NCBI GenBank assembly: GCA_965208575.1
Contig: CBDBOV010000006.1
Span: 32,001-96,000 of the forward strand
Direction: 5' to 3'
Source of the DNA: Spirochaetia bacterium
Lineage (GTDB): Bacteria > Spirochaetota > Spirochaetia > SZUA-6 > Bin103
Length of the DNA: 64,000 nt
Below are positions 58,249-64,000 of the stretch, one piece after another. The position numbers and the translations under genes are program-made. The notes under the pieces are model-generated. The model was given only the letters and a program-made list of their open reading frames with translations. It was not told where the DNA came from and searched no databases. Numbering within the stretch: the stretch's first letter is position 1; every line of letters starts with the position of its first letter.

Positions 58249-59433
58249 ATGAGAGCCCCGCAGCGGCTGTTCACTCCCGGCGCGGGGGCGGCTCCGCCGG
58301 CGCTCACCGGGCGCGAGCGGGAGCAGGGCGTTCTGACGCGGTGCCTGGCGGACTTGGCCGGCGGCAACGCCCCGCCACACGACGTGGCGCTGATGGGGCC
58401 GCGCGGCAACGGCAAGACCGTGCTGCTCAACTGGTTCACGCGCGCCTGTCATGACGCTGCCCGGATAGACGTCGTGCGGCTGTCGCCAAGCCTGGTACGC
58501 AGCCGGGAGGCCGTGGCGGAGGCCTTGTTGCCCGTGTCCGTCATCAGGAAGATCCTGCCCAGGAAGCTTGGCGTGGCGGGCGTCGGTCAAGCGGAGTGGG
58601 CGGCGCCGGACGTGTCCGCGCAAGAGCTCATGGAGCGGCTGATCGCCCGGTGCCGGAAGAAACCAGTGGTCGCGCTGGTCGACGAAGCGCACACGCTCAC
58701 GCGTGACGTCGGCCAACTGCTGCTCAATCTGAGTCAGGAGGTGCGCGCAAACGCGCCATTTCTGCTGGTGCTGGCCGGCACTCCGGGCCTGCCCGCCCAC
58801 CTCGCTACCATGAACGCCTCCTTCTGGAGCCGGCTGGATGAAGGGCGCCTCGGCATCGGTTTGCTGAGCGAGGCCGCTGCTCGCGCCGCTCTGATCAACC
58901 CACTGGCGGCCCACGGCGTGGGCATCGACGCCGACGCCCTCGACGCGGTCGTGGAGCACAGCCAGCGCTACCCGTACTTCATACAGGTCTGGGGAAGCGC
59001 GCTGTGGCAGCAGCGCCTGGCCATCGAAGCCACCCGGTTGACCGCCGCGCACGCGGACGCGGCGCGGCCTCAGGTGATCGCCCGGGTCACCGACTACTAC
59101 CAGGACCGCTATCGGGAACTGGAAGCGCACAGTGTGCTGCCGGCAGCAGTCGCGGTGGCGGCACAGTTCGGAAGCGCAGCCTCTACCGCAACCGACCGCG
59201 ACCTCGATGCCGCGCTCGGCGCAACTGGCGACGACGCCGCGGGCCGGCTGGCGGCGCGCGAGGAATTGAATCGGCTCGGTTACCTCTGGAGCCCGCCGGG
59301 CCAAGTGCCGCCGGTCGTCTGGGTCGCCGGCATCCCATCGCTGATGACCTACGTCGTCGACCGCGCCCCGCCCCTCCGCCCGCCCGCAGCCGGCGCCAAC
59401 CGAGGTAATGGAACACGAGACTCATCACGTTGA
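58249..59433 (+). CDS. AAA ATPase (AAA_16-like)
   Basis: FTPGAGAAPPALTGRERE, GPRGNGKT, LVDEAH, YPYFIQ. Confidence 0.85.
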   Translation: MRAPQRLFTPGAGAAPPALTGREREQGVLTRCLADLAGGNAPPHDVALMGPRGNGKTVLLNWFTRACHDAARIDVVRLSPSLVRSREAVAEALLPVSVIRKILPRKLGVAGVGQAEWAAPDVSAQELMERLIARCRKKPVVALVDEAHTLTRDVGQLLLNLSQEVRANAPFLLVLAGTPGLPAHLATMNASFWSRLDEGRLGIGLLSEAAARAALINPLAAHGVGIDADALDAVVEHSQRYPYFIQVWGSALWQQRLAIEATRLTAAHADAARPQVIARVTDYYQDRYRELEAHSVLPAAVAVAAQFGSAASTATDRDLDAALGATGDDAAGRLAAREELNRLGYLWSPPGQVPPVVWVAGIPSLMTYVVDRAPPLRPPAAGANRGNGTRDSSR

Positions 59434-59719
59434 CTCATTCTGGAGAGTAGCTCCGTTCACTCTGCGGGTTCGGTTCGACGACGGCCACTCCCAGGTTATC
59501 GACTTTCGGCCGGTGTTGAAGGGAGAGCTATTCGGACCGCTCCGGGATCGCGAACTGTTCGACCAGGTCGCGCTCGACCAAGAGGCCCGAACGCTCGTTT
59601 GGCCCAACGGGGCAGACTTCGATCCGGCCACCCTGTATCACTGGCCTGACTGCGGACCGCGGCTCGCCGAACTCGCGGCTACGTGGACTTCCGCTCGCGC
59701 ACCCGAGGGTCGACGTTGA
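59408..59719 (+). CDS. DUF2442-family protein (antitoxin-like), no DUF4160 partner
   Basis: LRVRFDDG...LFGPLRD...TLVWPNGADFDPATLY. Confidence 0.85.
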   Translation: MEHETHHVDSFWRVAPFTLRVRFDDGHSQVIDFRPVLKGELFGPLRDRELFDQVALDQEARTLVWPNGADFDPATLYHWPDCGPRLAELAATWTSARAPEGRR

Positions 59720-61775
59720 TTACCAGGCCGGAGCCGGAGGTGGTGGTGATGGGGCCGGCGGCGAAGCGGGTGGCGGGGCCCCAGTCCCAGCGCAGGTGGG
59801 AGCGCAGCCAGGCGTAGGTCTTGCCGTCCTCGGCGCCGCAGATCAGGTCGGGGGCGCCGTCGCCGTCCAGGTCGTGGCACCACACCGAGCACTTGTGGTG
59901 GCCCAGGTCGATCGGGGTGCCGTCGGCCTCGGTGATGAGGCGGGGGCGCTCGAACAACGGCTCGTCGCCGGTGCCGGTGTTGCGCAGCCAGAACGGGGTG
60001 GCGCAGCCGGGGAAGTGGCCGTTGACGAGGCGGGAGATGTGCCAGTTGGTGCCGGCCACCAGGTCGCGCGTGCCGTCCAGGTCCCAGTCGCAGGCGCAGA
60101 ACACGCTGCGGCCCCACAGGCCGCCGGGGCCGCAGCCGCGCACCAGGTTGCCGTCCCGGTAGCGCACCAGCGGCCCGGCCTCGAGACGTGCCGGATCGGC
60201 GCCCGCGCGCCGGTAGAGTTGCAGGAAGCCGTCGCCGTTGAGCAGCAGCAGGCAGCCGTCTCCCCACGCCGCGGGACGCGAGCGCCACGCGCCGGTGAGC
60301 GGCTCGCCGGCACAGCGCAGCGGCTCGGCGGCGGCGAAGCGCGGCTCCTGCCGGCTGCCGATGTTGCGGTACCACAGGTAGCGCCCGTATATGTCGTTGG
60401 TGATCACGTCGAGCAGGCCGTCGCCGTCCCAGTCGGTCAGCAGCGGGTTGAGGTAGCCCCAGCGCGACTCGTTCGGCCCCTGTATGGAGCCGGTGGGGCC
60501 GGCGAGGTGGTGGATCTCGCTGCCGCCCGCGTGCAGGCGCGCTCCGGCGGCGAAGTGGAACGCACCCGGCTCGGCGGCGCGGTTGGCGAACCGCCACAGG
60601 TAGCCGGAGGAATCGCCCACCACCAGGTCGGGCGCGCCGCTGCCGTCCAGGTCCGCCAGGCACGGCACCGCCAGCGTCTCGACGCGGGCAGCGCCGCCGA
60701 CCCGCTGCAGGGGCGGTCGCTCATGCCACGCTCCATCCTCGAAGTCCAGCCAGATCACCACGCCCGGGTTGCCGGTGATCAGGATCTCCTGTTCGCCGTC
60801 GCCGTCCAGGTCGCAGCAGCCGAGCGAGGTCTCGAAGTAGCCGCGCCGCAGCGGGCTGCACGGCAACTCCCACTCCTCCCCGGTTGCTCCCAAGCGGGGT
60901 AGCTCTTCATCGGCACCGCTCGCCGTAACCGCCAGGCGCAGGGCGAACAGGCGGTCCACGTCGCGGCGCACCAGCAGTTCCAGGGCGCCGTCGCGGTCGA
61001 TGTCGACCAGGGCGGCGTCGGTGCGGCCGTCCCAGGAGCGGTACTCGGCCAGTTGCTCCGGCGGGCCGAACAGCGGCTGCGCGTTGCTGCCGGTGTTGCG
61101 CAGCAGGAACACGCGCGTGGTCGGCTTGCGGCCCATCCAGGTGCCGTCGGCGCGGTAGCCGCGCCCGGCGCCCATGTTCGGGTAGTCGCGCAGGTCGGTG
61201 CCGCGTGCGTCCGGCCAGTACTCCAGCACGTACTGGTACAGGCAGGAAATGACGACGTGGGTGACACCGGCCGCGTCATGGTACGGGTTCAGGTTCCACA
61301 GGTCGGCGGCGGCGAACACGTCGGCCAGTGGTCGGCCCGCGACCGGGACGCGCTCCACCGGAGCGGCGAAGCGGGGAGACGAGCGCGGCCCCCGGTTGCG
61401 GTACAGCTTGAGCCAGCCGGGGTCGGTCTCTCGTGCCGGGTCGCGCGTCCGGTTGCCGAAAGTGAGCAGGTTCAGGTCGCCCTCGGGAGTGACCAGCGGC
61501 ATGGCATGGTAGCCGGTTACCCCGGTGACCGGTTCGGGAGGCTCGTACACCGGCACCGCCGCCCGCCCGCCGCGGCGTTCGCGGTACAGGTAGACCCCGC
61601 CGCGGTGCATGTTTGGCAGCAGCGAGTACAGGATGTCGCGCCCGCCGTCGCCCCGCCAGTCGACCAGGAACGCCGTCCCCGACAGCCCGTCTCCCAACTC
61701 GCACCGCTCGCCGCCGCTCACCGGCAGCGGCTGCCCCGGACTGATGTCCGTTCCCTTGAGCACACCCCGCTTCAT
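59679..61775 (-). CDS. FG-GAP/VCBS repeat protein
   Basis: Repeated DxDGDG motifs (DWRGDG, DIDRDG, DLDGDG, DWDGDG, DWDLDG) followed by RNTG/RNIG. Confidence 0.85.
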   Translation of the reverse strand: MKRGVLKGTDISPGQPLPVSGGERCELGDGLSGTAFLVDWRGDGGRDILYSLLPNMHRGGVYLYRERRGGRAAVPVYEPPEPVTGVTGYHAMPLVTPEGDLNLLTFGNRTRDPARETDPGWLKLYRNRGPRSSPRFAAPVERVPVAGRPLADVFAAADLWNLNPYHDAAGVTHVVISCLYQYVLEYWPDARGTDLRDYPNMGAGRGYRADGTWMGRKPTTRVFLLRNTGSNAQPLFGPPEQLAEYRSWDGRTDAALVDIDRDGALELLVRRDVDRLFALRLAVTASGADEELPRLGATGEEWELPCSPLRRGYFETSLGCCDLDGDGEQEILITGNPGVVIWLDFEDGAWHERPPLQRVGGAARVETLAVPCLADLDGSGAPDLVVGDSSGYLWRFANRAAEPGAFHFAAGARLHAGGSEIHHLAGPTGSIQGPNESRWGYLNPLLTDWDGDGLLDVITNDIYGRYLWYRNIGSRQEPRFAAAEPLRCAGEPLTGAWRSRPAAWGDGCLLLLNGDGFLQLYRRAGADPARLEAGPLVRYRDGNLVRGCGPGGLWGRSVFCACDWDLDGTRDLVAGTNWHISRLVNGHFPGCATPFWLRNTGTGDEPLFERPRLITEADGTPIDLGHHKCSVWCHDLDGDGAPDLICGAEDGKTYAWLRSHLRWDWGPATRFAAGPITTTSGSGLVINVDPRVRERKST

Positions 61776-61899
61776 AGGGGCCGAGCGTAGGCGTGCGTGC
61801 ACCTTATGTCACGACCATTGCGGTTGATGCGGGTTGATGCGGACAATCGTCTTGCCGGACACAACCCTGCCTCGATAGCGTTACGGCAGGACGGGCGAG

Positions 61900-62148
61900 T
61901 TGATTGTCGTAGTCAAAGTCACGGCCAAGCGCCAAGTAACACTACCGGCGGCGGTACTGGAGGCACTCGGCGTCGGCGCCGGCGATCGGCTTGAGTTGCA
62001 CGAAGACCCTGGCGACTTCCTGCTCCGTCCGCAACGGGCCGCTTCTGTCCATCCGGCGCCGTTGCGCGACAAGATCCGGCGCGACCCGGGCCCGTTCGAC
62101 CTGGAGGAGTTCAGAGGCCAGCCCCATGACCCCGCGCTACGGGATTGA
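61900..62148 (+). CDS. AbrB/MazE-type antitoxin followed by an 8-codon PIN toxin stub
   Basis: VKVTAKRQVTLPAAVLEALGVGAGDRL; overlapping ATG at 62126 gives MTPRYGID, then the sequence switches to the convergent gene end. Confidence 0.82.
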   Translation: MIVVVKVTAKRQVTLPAAVLEALGVGAGDRLELHEDPGDFLLRPQRAASVHPAPLRDKIRRDPGPFDLEEFRGQPHDPALRD

Positions 62149-62160
62149 CAGGCCGGGCGG

Positions 62161-63174
62161 TTACTCCCAGGGGTTGAGGACGATCTTGGCGGATTCGCCG
62201 GCGGCGAGCAGGCCGAAGGCGTCCTGGATCTGGCTCATCGGCATGGTGTGGCTGATCAACTTGTCGATCAGCGGCGACTCGGCGATCACGCGCATCACGC
62301 CGTCGTAGTCGCGCAGGTTGTACAGCCAGACACCGGCGATGTGCAGGCCCTTGCGGATCATGTCTGGACTGATGGTGAGGGGCATCGCCTTGGAGTTTTC
62401 GCCCACGAATACCACGCGCCCGCGGCGCCGCACGGCGTCGATGCACAGCCGCTCGCCGGCCACGGCGCCGGAGCAGTCCACCGCGGCGTCCACGCCGCGT
62501 CCGCCGGTCAGGTCGCGGATGCGCGCCTCCAGGTCGCCTTCCGCCGGGTCGAGCACCACTTCCGCGCCTAGCTCGCGGCCGAGCGCGGCGCGCCACGGCG
62601 CCGGCTCCACCGCCAGCACACGCGCGCCGCGGAACTGCGCGTTGATGACGCCGCCCAGGCCCACCGGTCCGAGGCCGGTGATCAGCACCGTGTCGAAGGC
62701 GTCCACGCCGATCGCCTGCAGGCCGGCGAACGAGGCTCCGATGCCGTCGATCGCCATGGTGGCCTGCTCGTAGGTGACCTTGTCCGGGATCGGCATCAGC
62801 AGCCAGGATGGCTTGACGATATACTGCGAGAACGTCCCGCGCCCGTCGTTGGTGCCGTGCACGGCCTCGTGGTCGATGGTGTCCTCGCAGTAGGTGTAGT
62901 CGCCGGCGCGGCACAGGGCACAGGTGCCGCACGGGAGCTGCGGCATGATCACCACCCGGTCGCCCACCTGCACGCGCCCCGGCTGGGCGACCTCCACCAC
63001 CTCGCCGGCGCCCTCGTGGCCGATGGTTTCCATCCGATGCCCCGCCATCCACGCCTTGTACTCGGTGCACATCGCCGACGCGTGCACCTTGACCAGCACC
63101 CAGTCGTCCTTCGCCTCCGGCACCGACGCCGGCACCACGTCCGACTGCCGCTCCCCCGTGATCCTCGCCTTCAT
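62161..63174 (-). CDS. Zinc-binding (MDR) dehydrogenase
   Basis: MCTE, GHEGAGEV, CGTCALC...C, GLGPVG. Confidence 0.92.
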   Translation of the reverse strand: MKARITGERQSDVVPASVPEAKDDWVLVKVHASAMCTEYKAWMAGHRMETIGHEGAGEVVEVAQPGRVQVGDRVVIMPQLPCGTCALCRAGDYTYCEDTIDHEAVHGTNDGRGTFSQYIVKPSWLLMPIPDKVTYEQATMAIDGIGASFAGLQAIGVDAFDTVLITGLGPVGLGGVINAQFRGARVLAVEPAPWRAALGRELGAEVVLDPAEGDLEARIRDLTGGRGVDAAVDCSGAVAGERLCIDAVRRRGRVVFVGENSKAMPLTISPDMIRKGLHIAGVWLYNLRDYDGVMRVIAESPLIDKLISHTMPMSQIQDAFGLLAAGESAKIVLNPWE

Positions 63175-63250
63175 GTGCTCGTCTCCCCCTCCGCGGCTGG
63201 TCATGTCCGCGTGTCTCGCAGGCTCCCCCGGTTGCCCGCGAACGTCAAGC

Positions 63251-63290
63251 GACGCCGCACGGCGCCCCACGGCGACGCACGGCACCGCAC
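63251..63290. repeat. Four tandem imperfect 10-bp repeats in a divergent promoter region
   Basis: GACGCCGCAC GGCGCCCCAC GGCGACGCAC GGCACCGCAC. Confidence 0.6.
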
Positions 63291-63395
63291 GACGGTGGTT
63301 TACCAGTCGGCCTCCCCTGTGATTCCGTAACGGCAAACGGGAGGCGTCGTCCGCGCGGCTCGACCGCTCGTGCGAGCGCCATGCGGGAGCACTAC

Positions 63396-64000
63396 ATGAA
63401 GATTACCGGCGTTCGCGTCGAGAGCTACAAATGGCCGCGCAGGCGGCCGATCTCCAACGGCTTGCACACCTACACCCACAGCGGCGTGGGATTCGTTTTC
63501 ATCGACACCGACGAGGGCGTCACCGGCATCGGCCTCGGCGCCACCAAGCGCGGCGTGGTGGGAGACGCCATCGCGCACTTCACGCCGCAGCTCATCGGCG
63601 AGGATCCGATCAACGTGGAACGCATCTGGCACAAGCTGTGGGTGCCGAAGCTGGTCGGCCGGCGCGGCCTGACCACGCGCGCCATCAGCGCCATCGACAT
63701 CGCGCTGTGGGACCTGCGCGCCAAGGTGGCCGGCATGCCGCTGTACCGGATGCTCGGCGGCTACCGGTCGCGCGTGCCCACCTACATCGCCGGCGGCTAC
63801 TACGAGGACGGCAAGGGCCTGAAGGAGCTGCAGGAGGAGCTCGCCGGCCACGTCGAGGCGGGCGCGAAGGCGGTGAAGATGAAGATCGGCGCGGTGCCGA
63901 TCCGGGAGGACGCGGAGCGCGTGAAGGCGGCGCGCGCGGCGGTCGGGCCGGACGTCAAGCTGATGATCGACGCCAACTGCGCCTACCGCTGGTACCAGGC
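63396..64000 (+). CDS. Mandelate racemase/muconate lactonising enzyme family protein, partial
   Basis: MKITGV, TDEGVTGIG, SAIDIALWDL, VKMKIG, LMIDAN; runs off window. Confidence 0.92.
   Translation, partial: MKITGVRVESYKWPRRRPISNGLHTYTHSGVGFVFIDTDEGVTGIGLGATKRGVVGDAIAHFTPQLIGEDPINVERIWHKLWVPKLVGRRGLTTRAISAIDIALWDLRAKVAGMPLYRMLGGYRSRVPTYIAGGYYEDGKGLKELQEELAGHVEAGAKAVKMKIGAVPIREDAERVKAARAAVGPDVKLMIDANCAYRWYQ

Noticed and set aside
1-64000. CRISPR array, cas genes, tRNA or rRNA
   Set aside because: No regularly spaced repeat-spacer series, cas motifs or recognisable stable-RNA genes seen by eye

Overview
GC-rich bacterial chromosome segment. The gene mix and solute-binding-protein signal peptides suggest a host-associated, possibly sponge-symbiont Spirochaetaceae-like organism (inference only). 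The backbone is catabolic and transport genes: PhyH and TauD dioxygenases, four Gfo/Idh/MocA oxidoreductases, GH51 and GH42-like glycosidases, sulfatase, sterol desaturase, two peptide-type and one sugar-type ABC sets without ATPases, Xaa-Pro peptidase, Zn-dehydrogenase and an enolase-superfamily enzyme. One- and two-gene accessory cassettes are scattered through it: AAA-DUF4143, AAA-PD-(D/E)XK, Fic, a tandem TIR pair, and toxin-antitoxin loci that have mostly lost the toxin. A ~16 kb accessory island (about 24.9-41.2 kb) holds AT-richer candidate defence genes (HipA-kinase remnant plus HIRAN, a PIN-like/TM protein, HEPN/TOPRIM) and nested mobile elements. These are IS1634, a dead DDE transposase split in three, a four-gene TGT...ACA element with a 5-bp target duplication, and a 2.9 kb IS110 element. 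The IS110 bridge-RNA guide segments can be matched by eye to its own ends and target site, and its enlarged right end carries an RHH gene and an ORF-less group II intron fragment. All family calls come from motif recognition by eye; no searches were run.
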